A stretch of 64,000 nt of DNA, taken from NCBI RefSeq assembly GCF_058153355.1, contig NZ_CM177019.1. The stretch is one strand, 5' to 3'. Under the pieces are notes generated by a model. It was not told the DNA's origin. It did no database searches and saw nothing but the letters and a program-made list of their open reading frames with translations. This document shows, piece by piece, positions 31,284 through 43,885 of the stretch; position 1 is the first letter of the stretch, and every line of letters begins with the position of its first letter. The translations under genes and the position numbers were made by a program.

Positions 31284-32183
31284 ATGTCGCGAAAAGATGG
31301 GGTGTTGGCGCTACTGGTAGTGGTCGTATGGGGGCTAAATTTTGTGGTCATCAAAGTGGGGCTTCATAACATGCCACCGCTGATGCTGGCCGGTTTGCGC
31401 TTTATGCTGGTCGCTTTTCCGGCCATCTTTTTTGTCGCACGACCGAAAGTACCACTGAATTTGCTGCTGGGGTATGGATTAACCATCAGTTTTGCGCAGT
31501 TTGCCTTTCTGTTCTGTGCCATAAATTTTGGTATGCCTGCTGGGCTGGCCTCACTGGTATTACAGGCTCAGGCGTTTTTTACTATTGTGCTCGGTGCGTT
31601 TACGTTTGGCGAACGGCTGCACGGTAAGCAACTGGCGGGGATCGCGTTAGCGATTTTTGGCGTACTGGTGTTAATCGAAGATAGTCTGAACGGTCAGCAT
31701 GTGGCGATGCTCGGCTTTATGTTGACCCTGGCGGCAGCATTTAGTTGGGCGTGCGGCAATATCTTCAATAAAAAAATAATGTCACACTCAACGCGTCCGG
31801 CAGTGATGTCGCTGGTCATCTGGAGCGCATTAATCCCGATCATTCCTTTCTTTGTTGCCTCGCTGATTCTCGATGGTTCCGCAACCATGATTCACAGTCT
31901 GGTCACTATCGATATGACCACCATCTTGTCTCTGATGTATCTGGCGTTTGTGGCGACAATTGTTGGTTATGGGATCTGGGGGACGTTACTGGGACGCTAT
32001 GAAACCTGGCGGGTTGCACCGTTATCGTTACTGGTGCCCGTAGTAGGACTGGCAAGTGCGGCACTATTGCTGGATGAACGCTTAACGGGTCTGCAATTCT
32101 TTGGTGCGGTGCTCATTATGACCGGGCTATATATCAATGTGTTTGGTATGCGGTGGCGTAAAGCCGTGAAAGTGAGAGGCTAA
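31284..32183 (+). CDS. eamA: DMT-family cysteine/O-acetylserine exporter EamA (YdeD)
   Basis: Start trimmed to MSRKDGVLALL. Confidence 0.85.
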   Translation: MSRKDGVLALLVVVVWGLNFVVIKVGLHNMPPLMLAGLRFMLVAFPAIFFVARPKVPLNLLLGYGLTISFAQFAFLFCAINFGMPAGLASLVLQAQAFFTIVLGAFTFGERLHGKQLAGIALAIFGVLVLIEDSLNGQHVAMLGFMLTLAAAFSWACGNIFNKKIMSHSTRPAVMSLVIWSALIPIIPFFVASLILDGSATMIHSLVTIDMTTILSLMYLAFVATIVGYGIWGTLLGRYETWRVAPLSLLVPVVGLASAALLLDERLTGLQFFGAVLIMTGLYINVFGMRWRKAVKVRG

Positions 32184-32213
32184 AAAGCCCCGAGATGTCG
32201 GGGCCAGAATAAA

Positions 32214-32432
32214 CTATATAGCGTGTTGATTATAATAGGGCACGCCAAGCGCATCCGATTTATCACTGCCTGTGCTCATGTGGTTAAAATCAAATGGTGA
32301 TTGTTCCGGTGATGGGGGAACAACCACCACATTGCCACAGGAAGTAACAACCGGCTGCGTGGTTTGTTCCGCAAAGCTCTGCGCAGAGAAGAGAATAAGC
32401 GCGGTTACCATTGCGGATAAAAGTGGTTTCAT
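32214..32432 (-). CDS. marB: Multiple antibiotic resistance protein MarB
   Basis: 72 aa with signal peptide; follows marA. Confidence 0.9.
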   Translation of the reverse strand: MKPLLSAMVTALILFSAQSFAEQTTQPVVTSCGNVVVVPPSPEQSPFDFNHMSTGSDKSDALGVPYYNQHAI

Positions 32433-32463
32433 GATTGCCTCAGTGACGTTGTCACGTTATCAA

Positions 32464-32847
32464 CTAGCTGTTGTAATGATTTAATGGATGTAAAAAGCGC
32501 GATTCGCCCTGCATATTGGTCATCCGGTATTTATGTGGCGGAACATCAAAGTAATTTTTGAAGGTTCGGGTCAGAGTTTGTTGCGACTCGAAGCCATATC
32601 GTTCTGCCAGATAGAGTATCGGCTCGTTACTTTCCTTCAGCTTTTGCGCGATTTCCGTCATCTTACGGCTGCGGATGTATTGGCCTAATGAATGACCGGT
32701 TTCTTTTTTAAACATCCGTTGCAGGTGCCATTTGGAGTAACCCGAACGCTCTGACACTTTCTCCAGTGACAGTGGCGATTCCAGGTTGTCCTCGATCCAG
32801 TCCAAAATGCTATGAATGGTAATAGCGTCAGTATTGCGTCTGGACAT
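32464..32847 (-). CDS. marA: AraC/XylS-family transcriptional activator MarA
   Basis: Start trimmed to [21 protein letters not shown]. Confidence 0.9.
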
Positions 32848-32867
32848 CGTCATACCTCTTTTTTTGT

Positions 32868-33302
32868 TTACGGCAGGACTTTCTTAAGCAAATGCTCAAG
32901 TGTTGCCACTTCGTCCGCCGTCAGGTTTTTTGTTAATTCTTGATGCAGGTCCTGGCCAACTAATTGATGGCATTGTTCACATATTGCCGCGCCGCTGGTG
33001 GTAAGTTTTACCAGTACGCCGCGCTTATCATTCGGGTTCGGCAACCTTTCCACCCAGCCTTTACAAACCAGGCGATCCAGCATACGGGTCAGCGCTCCCA
33101 GGTCGACCGACAACACTTTTTTCAGTTCAACCGGAGTAATACACGACGCGCAGCGGATAGAGCAGAGCACCTTAAACTGTGCCGCGGTAATATCCAGCGG
33201 AGACAGATACTCGTTAAGCAGGCGATCTTTCTTCTGATTAACCATATGGATTAAGCGACCCAATGGAATAATTTCATTGAACAGATCGCTGGTACTTTTC
33301 AC
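32868..33302 (-). CDS. marR: MarR repressor
   Basis: 144-aa winged-helix ORF heading the marRAB operon. Confidence 0.9.
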
Positions 33303-33308
33303 ATTAGT

Positions 33309-33356
33309 TGCCCTGGCAAGTAATTAGTTGCAGGGGATAATATTGCCCAGGCAAGT
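33309..33356. promoter_or_regulatory. marO operator with two MarR palindromic sites (TTGCC-N2-GGCAA) in the marRAB/marC divergent promoter region
   Basis: Palindromes at 33309-33320 and 33345-33356, directly upstream of the marR start. Confidence 0.7.
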
Positions 33357-33513
33357 ATAAGTCAAATGAATGAATTGACCGATGCCACGTTTTGCTAAAT
33401 CGGTTCAAGTTTTGGTCAATGCGATTCAAGGCTAGCTAAAGAGTGACACTTTATCGTTGTTTACCCCTTATACTTTTCGCTGATAACCCAGATACACAGG
33501 ATAACAACCACTA

Positions 33514-34179
33514 ATGTTAGATTTGTTTAAAGCAATAGGCCTGGGGCTGGTGGTGTTACTGCCGTTAGCTAACCCATTAACAACTGTCGCGTTATTTCTT
33601 GGTCTGGCAGGCAACATGAACAGTGCCGAACGTAATCGTCAGTCGTTGATGGCCTCGGTGTACGTCTTTGCCATCATGATGGTGGCGTATTACGCCGGGC
33701 AACTGGTGATGGATACATTTGGCATTTCGATTCCCGGTCTGCGAATTGCAGGCGGCTTAATCGTCGCGTTTATCGGTTTTCGGATGCTCTTTCCGCAACA
33801 GAAAGCGATTGATTCACCGGAAGCGAAAAGCAAGTCGGAAGAGCTGGAAGATGAACCCAGCGCCAATATTGCCTTTGTACCTCTGGCAATGCCTAGTACC
33901 GCCGGTCCGGGAACCATTGCGATGATTATTAGCTCGGCGTCCACTGTGCGTCAGAGTTCAACCTTCGCTGATTGGGTACTGATGGCTGCGCCGCCGCTGA
34001 TCTTTTTCCTGGTGGCGGTTATTTTGTGGGGAAGTCTACGCAGCTCTGGCGCAATTATGCGGCTGGTGGGCAAGGGGGGAATTGAAGCGATCTCCCGTCT
34101 GATGGGATTCCTGCTGGTATGTATGGGTGTGCAGTTTATTATTAACGGCATCCTGGAAATCATTAAAACGTATCATTAA
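33514..34179 (+). CDS. marC: Inner-membrane protein MarC
   Basis: 221 aa, divergent from marRAB. Confidence 0.9.
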   Translation: MLDLFKAIGLGLVVLLPLANPLTTVALFLGLAGNMNSAERNRQSLMASVYVFAIMMVAYYAGQLVMDTFGISIPGLRIAGGLIVAFIGFRMLFPQQKAIDSPEAKSKSEELEDEPSANIAFVPLAMPSTAGPGTIAMIISSASTVRQSSTFADWVLMAAPPLIFFLVAVILWGSLRSSGAIMRLVGKGGIEAISRLMGFLLVCMGVQFIINGILEIIKTYH

Positions 34180-34203
34180 AAAAGGCCCGAATGGGCCTTT
34201 CAA

Positions 34204-35394
34204 CTATTGCGTCTGTTCTTCGAGTGTCACTGGCCAGCGACGAAAAATGATGATTGACCATATTAACGCGGCAAAAGCAGGCACCGCGCCCACATAACCA
34301 ATCATCGACATTGACCAGTGCAGACTGACCTGATTACCTACCAACGCGCCAGCGCCGATTCCAATATTAAATATTCCCGAGAATAGCGCCATCGCGACGT
34401 CGGTGGCATCTGGTGCCAGCGCCAGCACTTTAACCTGCATACCAAGCCCGATGATCATCATCGCGATCCCCCAGAAAATACTCAGCACCCCGAGGTGTAT
34501 TTCACTGTTCGCCGCAGGTAGCAGTAATGCAAGGCAGACCAGCAACAGCGCAATCGCCGTACTCACCAACGTAGACGCATACTGATTGCCCAGTTTACCG
34601 AAAATCACGCTGCCAATAATGCCCGCACCACCGAGTAATAACAGTAATGCCGTGGCAAAGTTAGCGCTGAATCCCGCAATGTTTTGCACAAAAGGCTCGA
34701 TATAGCTGTATGCCGTGTAATGGGCGGTGACAACCACCACAGTTAACAAATAAATGCTCATTAATGCCGGGCGGCGGAACAATAGCGGAAGGCTTTTCAA
34801 CGACCCTGAATGCTCGCTGGGGAGTAAGGGAAGTAACTTAATCAGGCACAGAAGGGTGATAAATGCCCCGATACCGATCGCGAAGAAGGTCATACGCCAA
34901 CCGAAATACTGCCCCACAATGCGCCCGAGAGGTAAACCTAATACCATCGCCAGAGCTGTACCGGTGGCAATTAAACTCAATGCCTGTGCTCGCTTTCCGG
35001 CCGGAGCCATACGGATCGCCAGAGACGCCGTAATCGACCAGAAAATCGCATGTGCAAAAGCTACACCAATGCGACTGATCACCAGAACGGTAAAGCTCCA
35101 CGACAAAAAAGACAGTACATGGCTGGCAATAAACACCACAAACAGGCAGATCAGTAATTTGCGGCGTTCAACCTGGCTTGTCATTAGCATAAAAGGCAAT
35201 GACATTAGCGCCACTACCCATGCATAAATGGTTAACATGATACCGACTTGAGCGGTTTGCATATGGAAACTTTGTGCGATGTCAGAAAGCAGGCCAACAG
35301 GGACAAATTCGGTAGTATTGAAGATGAAAGCGGCGACTGCCAGCGTAACTACCCGTAGCCACGCCACTTTGCGGGAAACAGTGTTTGTTGTCAT
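34204..35394 (-). CDS. sotB: MFS sugar efflux transporter SotB (YdeA)
   Basis: 396-aa polytopic ORF. Confidence 0.85.
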   Translation of the reverse strand: MTTNTVSRKVAWLRVVTLAVAAFIFNTTEFVPVGLLSDIAQSFHMQTAQVGIMLTIYAWVVALMSLPFMLMTSQVERRKLLICLFVVFIASHVLSFLSWSFTVLVISRIGVAFAHAIFWSITASLAIRMAPAGKRAQALSLIATGTALAMVLGLPLGRIVGQYFGWRMTFFAIGIGAFITLLCLIKLLPLLPSEHSGSLKSLPLLFRRPALMSIYLLTVVVVTAHYTAYSYIEPFVQNIAGFSANFATALLLLLGGAGIIGSVIFGKLGNQYASTLVSTAIALLLVCLALLLPAANSEIHLGVLSIFWGIAMMIIGLGMQVKVLALAPDATDVAMALFSGIFNIGIGAGALVGNQVSLHWSMSMIGYVGAVPAFAALIWSIIIFRRWPVTLEEQTQ

Positions 35395-35541
35395 AACAGA
35401 TTATCGGGTGAGTTGCGAAAAGTAATGAAATGATCTTAAAACGGTTAATGATGTGAATACAATGCATTTGTGATCTAGATCGCATTTCCATCTCTCTGAC
35501 GGTTGTTCTGTCACGCGTCAGAGAGTTGTTAACATCACATT

Positions 35542-36657
35542 TTAATGACGATCAGGAAGGTCTGGCGTTTTGGTGGCTGATGGTAAAGGTGGCCTCACAG
35601 GGGAACGAGGCCTGTTGTCCAGTAGTTCTTCGTTACTAATTTTGGGCGGAATTTCATTTTTTACAAAAAGTTTTAAAATCTTGCGTGCCATACGATGGAT
35701 ACTTTTATCTTCACTTAATAATGCCGGTATCAACACATCATTCAGGTCATTTTCATTAGGTTTCATAAAAATTTGAAAGTGCAATAACATATTTGTAAAA
35801 AATAAGAATAGACTCTGAAAGTGAGGTATTTCTTTGTTTGATAAAAGCGATAAAAAGCAGATACAAACTTCAGGTAGTACTTGTTTGTTAGAACCTAATG
35901 AATCCATGAGCTTTTGTAATAACTCCTCTTTTAATGGGCTATCCTTTATGTCGTAGATGGCGGTGATTAAGTTTGGGTTTTTATTCGCGAACCACCTGTG
36001 GACCTGCGGCTTATTCCATAGTCGGGGGAGTATGACAAAATTACCACGAGAGATAAAGTTCAGTACGAATAAATCAAACTGACGTAAGTAATCTGCAGCG
36101 GTATGATGCTCAGGAGGAAGAGGTTCAATATGTGGAGTATGAGACCTTTTGATGGGGACGCCGGGGCTGATCATTGGAAATTGTTCAATAAAGTCATTAA
36201 GAAACAGAAAGAGCACACGCTCGACGCCGGTCTGAAAGGCCCGACCCATAGTGACAGGCTTTGGGTCGGGAGCACAATAAATATTAATTTCCCCATCGTG
36301 GCGAAAATTATCTAAATAAATAGGGCTTAAATTTATTACTACCTGAAATTCAATGTTTTCTTTATGTCTTCCATTCTTAACAGGATAAGTGAGTTTAAAT
36401 TGAACCTTTTCATTGTATAGCGTGTCGTTATCTCGGAAAGTTGTCCTCTGTATATAAGATAGGTTATCAAGATTATTGAATATCTTTTTGGTGTTTGAAT
36501 TGATGTTTAAAGACGTACGCCACTCCTCATCACATATTATAATGCTGAGCGCATCAATAAAATCCTTCAAAACTTCTTTTACCTGAGGTGCAATATTGCG
36601 AACGGGAAAATCATCAGGAAGTGAGATGAAATTGCTGATGCTTACTGGCGTAACCAT
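35542..36657 (-). CDS. yneK: Uncharacterized protein YneK
   Basis: 371-aa ORF; synteny. Confidence 0.8.
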   Translation of the reverse strand: MVTPVSISNFISLPDDFPVRNIAPQVKEVLKDFIDALSIIICDEEWRTSLNINSNTKKIFNNLDNLSYIQRTTFRDNDTLYNEKVQFKLTYPVKNGRHKENIEFQVVINLSPIYLDNFRHDGEINIYCAPDPKPVTMGRAFQTGVERVLFLFLNDFIEQFPMISPGVPIKRSHTPHIEPLPPEHHTAADYLRQFDLFVLNFISRGNFVILPRLWNKPQVHRWFANKNPNLITAIYDIKDSPLKEELLQKLMDSLGSNKQVLPEVCICFLSLLSNKEIPHFQSLFLFFTNMLLHFQIFMKPNENDLNDVLIPALLSEDKSIHRMARKILKLFVKNEIPPKISNEELLDNRPRSPVRPPLPSATKTPDLPDRH

Positions 36658-36734
36658 ATTTGCCCCATATAGTCATAAGTCATCGGAACATCACTATATA
36701 GAGCATATGAGCTGCAAGAACTATCAAAAATAGC

Positions 36735-37616
36735 TCATTGGGAAGACTGTTTTGCTGAGTCAGGCACATCGAGCAGTTGAATAAACGCTTCAAGAGGACG
36801 CGTTTTCGCACCGCGACGCCAGACCAGCCAGGTTGTTAACCAACGCCATTGCTCAGCCAACGGCCACGCTTCAACCTGGTGATGCCCCGGCATACTTTCC
36901 AGCATTGAGCGTGGGATAAGTGCAATGCCCGCACCCGCAACCACACAGGCTAACATACCGTGATACGACTCCATTTCATGGATGGTCCCCGGCGCTGCAC
37001 CGTCGGCATGAAACCAGCTTTCAAAGTGGCGACGATATGAACAATTGGCACGGAATGCATAAATGTTACAGCCATTAACCTGACTGGCGCGGGTTACTGG
37101 TGCATGTCCTTGTGGCGTGACAATCATCAACTCCTCGCGGTAGACCGGTATTCCATCAATAGCAGTATGGTTAATGGGCCCATCAATAAATGCCGCATTC
37201 AGTTTTCCCTCCAACACACCTTCCAGCATGGTGCCGGAAGGACCGGTGGAAAGCGAAAACTGAATTTTGGGATAACGACGGTTAAACTCCGCCAGCGTGG
37301 GCGGAATGCGCACTGCTGCGGTGCTTTCCAGCGAACCAAGAGAAAATAAACCTTGCGGCTCATCGCCAGCGACAACGCTCCGCGCTTCATCCACTAACGC
37401 GAGAATTTGTTGGCTATAGCGTAAAAAGTTATGCCCGGCAGGCGAGAGACGTAAACGCTGATTCTCGCGAATAAACAGATCAACCCCCAGTTCTGTTTCC
37501 AGCTGGCGTAGACGGGTAGTGAGATTCGACGGGACGCGATGCACTTTTGCTGCAGCCTGGGTAATGCTGCCAGCTTCGGCAACCGCGTTGAACATCTCCA
37601 GTTGGGTCAGATCCAT
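36735..37616 (-). CDS. yneJ: LysR-family regulator YneJ
   Basis: LysR HTH; divergent from sad. Confidence 0.85.
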   Translation of the reverse strand: MDLTQLEMFNAVAEAGSITQAAAKVHRVPSNLTTRLRQLETELGVDLFIRENQRLRLSPAGHNFLRYSQQILALVDEARSVVAGDEPQGLFSLGSLESTAAVRIPPTLAEFNRRYPKIQFSLSTGPSGTMLEGVLEGKLNAAFIDGPINHTAIDGIPVYREELMIVTPQGHAPVTRASQVNGCNIYAFRANCSYRRHFESWFHADGAAPGTIHEMESYHGMLACVVAGAGIALIPRSMLESMPGHHQVEAWPLAEQWRWLTTWLVWRRGAKTRPLEAFIQLLDVPDSAKQSSQ

Positions 37617-37716
37617 GGCATTCTCAATTCGTGAATAAGTGGCTTAATATTATTCATTTTCAAGCAAGAGTAAATCTGCGTATCTTTTTACCATAACCCA
37701 TAAAGGAGATACCCCG

Positions 37717-39105
37717 ATGACCATTACTCCGGCAACCCATGCAATTTCGATAAATCCTGCCACTGGTGAACAACTTTCTGTGCTGCCGTGGGCTGGCGCT
37801 GACGATATAGAAAACGCACTTCAGCTGGCGGCAGCAGGCTTTCGCGACTGGCGCGAGACAAATATAGATTATCGTGCTGAAAAACTGCGTGATATCGGTA
37901 AGGCTCTGCGCGCCCGTAGCGAAGAAATGGCGCAAATGATCACCCGTGAAATGGGCAAACCGATCAACCAGGCGCGTGTTGAAGTGGCGAAATCGGCGAA
38001 TTTGTGTGACTGGTATGCAGAACATGGTCCGGCGATGCTGAAGGCGGAACCTACGCTGGTGGAAAATCAGCAGGCGGTTATTGAGTATCGACCGTTGGGG
38101 ACGATTCTGGCGATTATGCCGTGGAATTTTCCGTTATGGCAGGTGATGCGTGGCGCTGTTCCCATCATACTTGCAGGTAACGGCTACTTACTTAAACATG
38201 CGCCGAATGTGATGGGCTGTGCACAGCTCATTGCCCAGGTGTTTAAAGATGCGGGGATCCCGCAAGGCGTATATGGCTGGCTGAATGCTGACAACGACGG
38301 TGTCAGTCAGATGATTAAAGACTCGCGCATTGCTGCTGTCACAGTGACCGGAAGTGTTCGTGCGGGAGCAGTTATTGGCGCACAGGCTGGAGCGGCACTG
38401 AAAAAATGTGTACTGGAACTGGGCGGTTCGGATCCGTTTATTGTGCTTAACGATGCCGATCTGGAACTTGCGGTGAAAGCGGCGGTAGTCGGACGTTATC
38501 AGAATACTGGACAGGTTTGTGCGGCGGCAAAACGCTTTATCATCGAAGAGGGAATTGCTTCGGCATTTACTGAACGTTTTGTAGCAGCTGCGGCAGCCTT
38601 GAAAATGGGCGATCCACGTGATGAAGAGAACGATCTCGGACCCATGGCTCGCTTTGATTTGCGTGATGAGCTACATCATCAGGTAGAAAAAACTCTGGCT
38701 CAAGGTGCACGTTTGTTACTGGGCGGGGAAAAGCTGGCTGGGGCAGGTAACTACTATCCGCCAACGGTTCTGTCGAATGTCACACCAGAAATGACCGCTT
38801 TTCGGGAAGAGATGTTTGGCCCCGTTGCGGCAATCACTATTGCAAAGGATGCAGAACATGCGTTGGAACTGGCTAATGATAGCGAGTTCGGCCTTTCAGC
38901 GACCATTTTCACCACCGACGAAACACGGGCCAGACAGATGGCGGCACGTCTGGAATGCGGTGGCGTGTTTATCAATGGTTACTGTGCCAGTGATGCGCGA
39001 GTCGCCTTTGGTGGCGTGAAGAAGAGTGGCTTTGGTCGTGAACTTTCCCATTTCGGTTTACATGAGTTCTGTAATATCCAGACGGTGTGGAAAGACCGGA
39101 TCTGA
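37717..39105 (+). CDS. sad: NAD-dependent succinate-semialdehyde dehydrogenase Sad (YneI)
   Basis: 462-aa aldehyde dehydrogenase family ORF. Confidence 0.9.
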   Translation: MTITPATHAISINPATGEQLSVLPWAGADDIENALQLAAAGFRDWRETNIDYRAEKLRDIGKALRARSEEMAQMITREMGKPINQARVEVAKSANLCDWYAEHGPAMLKAEPTLVENQQAVIEYRPLGTILAIMPWNFPLWQVMRGAVPIILAGNGYLLKHAPNVMGCAQLIAQVFKDAGIPQGVYGWLNADNDGVSQMIKDSRIAAVTVTGSVRAGAVIGAQAGAALKKCVLELGGSDPFIVLNDADLELAVKAAVVGRYQNTGQVCAAAKRFIIEEGIASAFTERFVAAAAALKMGDPRDEENDLGPMARFDLRDELHHQVEKTLAQGARLLLGGEKLAGAGNYYPPTVLSNVTPEMTAFREEMFGPVAAITIAKDAEHALELANDSEFGLSATIFTTDETRARQMAARLECGGVFINGYCASDARVAFGGVKKSGFGRELSHFGLHEFCNIQTVWKDRI

Positions 39106-39168
39106 CGCTACATATTCAGCTCTGATATACTCGCAGGTCTTTTCAGACCTGCGGTCCAGGAGTAGAAA

Positions 39169-40095
39169 GTGGCAGTCGCCATGGATAATGCAATTTTAGA
39201 AAACATCTTGCGGCAAGTGCGGCCGCTCATTGGTCAGGGTAAAGTCGCGGATTATATTCCGGCGCTGGCTACGGTAGACGGTTCCCGGCTGGGCATTGCT
39301 ATCTGTACCGTTGACGGACAGCTTTTTCAGGCCGGAGACGCACAAGAACGTTTTTCCATTCAGTCTATTTCCAAAGTGCTGAGTCTCGTTGTCGCCATGC
39401 GTCATTACTCCGAAGAGGAAATCTGGCAACGCGTCGGCAAAGATCCGTCTGGATCACCGTTCAATTCTTTAGTGCAATTGGAAATGGAGCAGGGTATTCC
39501 GCGTAATCCGTTTATTAATGCCGGTGCGCTGGTGGTCTGCGATATGTTGCAAGGGCGATTAAGCGCTCCTCGGCAACGTATGCTGGAAGTCGTGCGCGGC
39601 TTAAGCGGTGTGTCTGATATTTCCTACGATACGGTGGTAGCGCGTTCCGAATTTGAACACTCCGCGCGAAATGCGGCTATCGCCTGGCTGATGAAGTCGT
39701 TTGGCAATTTCCATCATGATGTGACAACTGTTCTGCAAAACTACTTTCATTACTGCGCTCTGAAAATGAGCTGTGTAGAGCTGGCCCGGACGTTTGTCTT
39801 TCTGGCTAATCAGGGGAAAGCTATTCATATTGATGAACCTGTGGTGACGCCAATGCAGGCGCGGCAAATTAACGCACTAATGGCGACCAGTGGTATGTAC
39901 CAGAACGCGGGGGAGTTTGCCTGGCGGGTGGGACTACCGGCAAAATCTGGCGTCGGCGGCGGTATTGTGGCGATTGTTCCGCATGAAATGGCCATCGCTG
40001 TCTGGAGTCCGGAACTGGATGATGCCGGTAACTCGCTTGCGGGCATTGCTGTCCTTGAACAATTGACGAAACAATTAGGGCGTTCGGTTTATTAA
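39169..40095 (+). CDS. glsB: Glutaminase 2 GlsB (YneH)
   Basis: 308-aa serine-dependent glutaminase family ORF. Confidence 0.9.
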   Translation: MAVAMDNAILENILRQVRPLIGQGKVADYIPALATVDGSRLGIAICTVDGQLFQAGDAQERFSIQSISKVLSLVVAMRHYSEEEIWQRVGKDPSGSPFNSLVQLEMEQGIPRNPFINAGALVVCDMLQGRLSAPRQRMLEVVRGLSGVSDISYDTVVARSEFEHSARNAAIAWLMKSFGNFHHDVTTVLQNYFHYCALKMSCVELARTFVFLANQGKAIHIDEPVVTPMQARQINALMATSGMYQNAGEFAWRVGLPAKSGVGGGIVAIVPHEMAIAVWSPELDDAGNSLAGIAVLEQLTKQLGRSVY

Positions 40096-40457
40096 TGCAG
40101 TCTCTCGATCCACTCTTCGCGCGTTTATCCCGTTCAAAATTTCGCTCTCGCTTTCGTTTGGGTGTGAAAGAGCGTCAGTATTGTCTGGAGAAAGGCGCGC
40201 CAGTCATCGAACAACATGCGGCGGATTTTGTCTCTAAACGTCTTGCTCCGGCATTACCGGCTAACGACGGTAAGCAAACCCCCATGCGCGGGCATCCGGT
40301 GTTTATCGCTCAGCACGCCACTGCAACCTGTTGTCGCGGTTGTCTGGCTAAGTGGCATAACATTCCGCAGGGTGTTTCGTTAAGCGAGGAACAACAACGT
40401 TATATCGTGTCGGTAATCTATCACTGGTTGGTTATACAGATGAATCAGCCAAGATAA
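40095..40457 (+). CDS. yneG: DUF4186-family protein YneG
   Basis: 120 aa, start overlaps the glsB stop. Confidence 0.8.
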   Translation: MQSLDPLFARLSRSKFRSRFRLGVKERQYCLEKGAPVIEQHAADFVSKRLAPALPANDGKQTPMRGHPVFIAQHATATCCRGCLAKWHNIPQGVSLSEEQQRYIVSVIYHWLVIQMNQPR

Positions 40458-40592
40458 TTGCGGAAAACGATAAAATAGCATTCCCAGGATATCTTTATTT
40501 GCCGCCGCTGTCAGCGAACATGCTATCCTTTATGAGAATTTACTTATTACGTTGAGATAATTGCCACCCGCAATTGTATGGACAGATAATTA

Positions 40593-42011
40593 ATGCATGT
40601 ACAGCCCATTTCAACTTTCCGTTTGTTCCAGGAAGGTCATCTGCTACGTAATAGCATCGCTATTTTTGTGCTAACCACGCTGTTCTATTTTATTGGTGCA
40701 GAGTTACGGCTGGTTCACGAACTTTCTCTTTTCTGGCCGCTGAATGGCGTAATGGCAGGGGTGTTTGCCCGCTATGTCTGGCTTAATCGACTGCATTACT
40801 ATGCGATCAGTTATGTGGCAATGCTGGTTTATGATGCCATAACCACCGAATGGGGGCTGGTTTCACTGGCTATCAATTTCTCCAATATGATGTTTATTGT
40901 TACCGTCGCCTTACTGGTCGCGCGGGATAAGCGTCTGGGGAAAAATAAGTACGAGCCAGTAAGTGCCTTACGGCTATTTAATTACTGTCTGATTGCCGCA
41001 TTATTATGCGCTATTGTCGGGGCGATTGGTTCGGTCAGTATTGATAGTCTGGATTTCTGGCCTTTGCTTGCCGACTGGTTCAGTGAGCAATTCTCAACGG
41101 GCGTGTTGATCGTGCCTTGTATGCTGACGTTGGCAATTCCTGGAGTGCTGCCGCGCTTTAAAGCAGAACAGATGATGCCCGCTATCGCGCTTATTGTGTC
41201 GGTTGTTGCCTCGGTAGTCATTGGCGGAGCGGGGAGTCTGGCGTTCCCGCTGCCTGCATTAATCTGGTGTGCAGTGCGCTATACGCCGCAGGTAACATGT
41301 CTGTTGACCTTTGTCACCGGTGCGGTGGAAATCGTACTGGTGGCAAATTCGGTGATTGATATCTCGGTCGGTTCGCCGTTCTCCATTCCGCAAATGTTCT
41401 CCGCACGTCTCGGTATTGCCACGATGGCGATATGCCCAATTATGGTTTCTTTTAGCGTGGCAGCGATCAATTCGCTAATGAAGCAAGTTGCGCTGCGAGC
41501 CGACTTTGATTTTCTGACTCAGGTTTACTCACGGTCTGGTCTTTATGAGGCGCTGAAAAGTCCATCGCTGAAACAGACACAACATCTGACTGTCATGCTG
41601 CTTGATATCGACTATTTCAAAAGCATTAACGATAACTATGGACATGAATGTGGCGATAAAGTGTTAAGCGTGTTTGCCCAGCATATTCAGAAGATTGTCG
41701 GTGATAAGGGGCTGGTGGCGCGAATGGGCGGCGAAGAATTTGCTGTTGCAGTGTCATCGGTGAATCCTGTCGATGGTCTGCTAATGGCGGAAAAAATCCG
41801 TAAAGGCGTTGAACTGCAACCGTTCACCTGGCAACAAAAAACGCTTTATCTCACGGTAAGTATTGGCGTCGGTAGTGGTTGCGCATCGTACCGAACGCTG
41901 ACCGATGACTTTAATAAATTGATGGTCGAAGCCGATACATGTCTGTATCGCTCGAAGAAAGATGGGCGCAACCGTACCAGCACTATGCGTTACGGTGAGG
42001 AAGTTGTCTGA
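40593..42011 (+). CDS. dgcF: Membrane-anchored diguanylate cyclase DgcF (YneF), long form
   Basis: N-terminal polytopic domain plus C-terminal GGDEF domain (RMGGEEFAV). Confidence 0.8.
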   Translation: MHVQPISTFRLFQEGHLLRNSIAIFVLTTLFYFIGAELRLVHELSLFWPLNGVMAGVFARYVWLNRLHYYAISYVAMLVYDAITTEWGLVSLAINFSNMMFIVTVALLVARDKRLGKNKYEPVSALRLFNYCLIAALLCAIVGAIGSVSIDSLDFWPLLADWFSEQFSTGVLIVPCMLTLAIPGVLPRFKAEQMMPAIALIVSVVASVVIGGAGSLAFPLPALIWCAVRYTPQVTCLLTFVTGAVEIVLVANSVIDISVGSPFSIPQMFSARLGIATMAICPIMVSFSVAAINSLMKQVALRADFDFLTQVYSRSGLYEALKSPSLKQTQHLTVMLLDIDYFKSINDNYGHECGDKVLSVFAQHIQKIVGDKGLVARMGGEEFAVAVSSVNPVDGLLMAEKIRKGVELQPFTWQQKTLYLTVSIGVGSGCASYRTLTDDFNKLMVEADTCLYRSKKDGRNRTSTMRYGEEVV

Positions 42012-42237
42012 CATCTTTATTCATTCAGAGCGTTTTAAATGCAATGTGTTCTACCACTTTATGTTCCAAGAAAAGGCGTATTTCCTCGATTAAACCATGA
42101 TCCGCGCCACACTTTTCTCATAAAACTGCTCATTAATCATCAGGAGTTGATCAAAACAGGGGTTCGGCGTATTAAAGTTTGCTAATCTGTCGTACCAATT
42201 CAAACAGGTTGTATGACTAATCAGAAGGGAACCCATT

Positions 42238-43689
42238 GTGAAAACACTAAATCGTCGCGATTTTCCCGGTGCACAGTATCCAGAACGTATCATTCAGTTT
42301 GGTGAAGGTAACTTCCTGCGCGCCTTTGTTGACTGGCAAATCGATCTCCTGAATGAGCACACCGATCTGAATTCTGGCGTGGTCGTTGTTCGTCCGATTG
42401 AAACTTCATTCCCGCCGTCATTGAGCACGCAGGATGGTCTGTACACCACCATTATCCGTGGTTTGAATGAGAAGGGGGAGGCGGTCAGCGACGCGCGTCT
42501 GATTCGCTCGGTTAATCGTGAAATCAGCGTCTACAGTGAATACGATGAATTCCTGAAACTGGCGCACAACCCGGAAATGCGCTTTGTTTTCTCTAACACC
42601 ACCGAAGCGGGTATCAGCTACCATGCGGGCGATAAATTCGATGACGCGCCAGCGGTAAGTTATCCGGCAAAACTGACCCGTCTGCTGTTCGAACGTTTTA
42701 GCCATTTCAACGGAGCGCAGGATAAAGGTTGGATCATCATCCCATGTGAACTGATCGACTATAACGGCGATGCACTGCGTGAACTGGTGCTGCGCTACGC
42801 GCAAGAGTGGGCACTACCAGAAGCATTTATTCAATGGCTGGATCAGGCTAACAGTTTCTGTTCTACGCTGGTGGACCGTATCGTTACCGGTTATCCGCGT
42901 GATGAAGTGGCTAAACTGGAAGAAGAACTGGGTTATCACGATGGTTTCCTCGACACCGCTGAACACTTTTACCTGTTTGTGATTCAGGGGCCGAAATCCT
43001 TAGCGACTGAGCTGCGTCTGGACAAATATCCGCTCAACGTGCTGATTGTTGACGATATTAAACCGTATAAAGAGCGCAAAGTGGCAATCCTCAACGGTGC
43101 ACACACGGCGCTGGTGCCGGTGGCGTTCCAGGCAGGGCTGGATACTGTAGGTGAAGCGATGAACGATGCTGAAATTTGTGCATTCGTTGAAAAAGCCATC
43201 TACGAAGAGATTATTCCGGTACTGGATTTGCCTCGTGATGAACTGGAATCTTTCGCCAGTGCAGTCACCGGACGTTTCCGTAATCCGTACATCAAGCATC
43301 AGCTGCTGTCTATCGCGCTTAACGGTATGACCAAGTTCCGCACCCGTATCCTGCCGCAGCTGCTGGCAGGGCAGAAGGCAAACGGCACACTTCCGGCGCG
43401 CCTTACTTTCGCATTAGCGGCATTGATTGCGTTTTATCGCGGTGAGCGTAACGGAGAAACATATCCGGTACAGGACGATGCCCACTGGCTGGAACGTTAT
43501 CAGCAACTCTGGAGCCAGCATCGTGACCGTGTTATCGGCACCCAGGAACTGGTTGCTATTGTGTTGGCTGAAAAAGATCACTGGGAGCAGGACCTGACGC
43601 AAGTGCCTGGTCTGGTCGAGCTGGTTGCTAATGACCTGGATGCGATTCTCGAAAAAGGAATGCGCGAAGCTGTACGTCCGTTGTGCTAA
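42238..43689 (+). CDS. uxaB: Altronate oxidoreductase UxaB, GTG start
   Basis: 483-aa mannitol dehydrogenase family ORF. Confidence 0.9.
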   Translation: MKTLNRRDFPGAQYPERIIQFGEGNFLRAFVDWQIDLLNEHTDLNSGVVVVRPIETSFPPSLSTQDGLYTTIIRGLNEKGEAVSDARLIRSVNREISVYSEYDEFLKLAHNPEMRFVFSNTTEAGISYHAGDKFDDAPAVSYPAKLTRLLFERFSHFNGAQDKGWIIIPCELIDYNGDALRELVLRYAQEWALPEAFIQWLDQANSFCSTLVDRIVTGYPRDEVAKLEEELGYHDGFLDTAEHFYLFVIQGPKSLATELRLDKYPLNVLIVDDIKPYKERKVAILNGAHTALVPVAFQAGLDTVGEAMNDAEICAFVEKAIYEEIIPVLDLPRDELESFASAVTGRFRNPYIKHQLLSIALNGMTKFRTRILPQLLAGQKANGTLPARLTFALAALIAFYRGERNGETYPVQDDAHWLERYQQLWSQHRDRVIGTQELVAIVLAEKDHWEQDLTQVPGLVELVANDLDAILEKGMREAVRPLC

Positions 43690-43696
43690 TACTCTG

Positions 43697-43726
43697 AACC
43701 CGGTTTCGACCGGGTTTCTTATTTCA
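43697..43726 (+). terminator. Intrinsic terminator after uxaB
   Basis: Hairpin aacccggtttcgaccgggtt followed by a T-rich run. Confidence 0.55.
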
Positions 43727-43885
43727 CTATATTAGTTACAACATCCTATGTGCCTTTATCATTAACAGGTGCCACATGCAGCACCTGTTAATGTTGTAAG
43801 CTTATAGGTAATTTGTAAGTAGTGTCTTAAGAATGTGATCGTAATCACGTTTAATAGGGCGACTTTTACACGCCTGAAGATAACC

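Noticed and set aside
32868-33302. Possible resistance-associated substitutions in MarR
   Set aside because: A few residues differ from the MarR sequence as I remember it, but recall is not reliable enough to call variants; this needs a real alignment.
42418-42804. 128-aa minus-strand ORF inside uxaB
   Set aside because: Antisense to a well-supported conserved gene; no independent signals.
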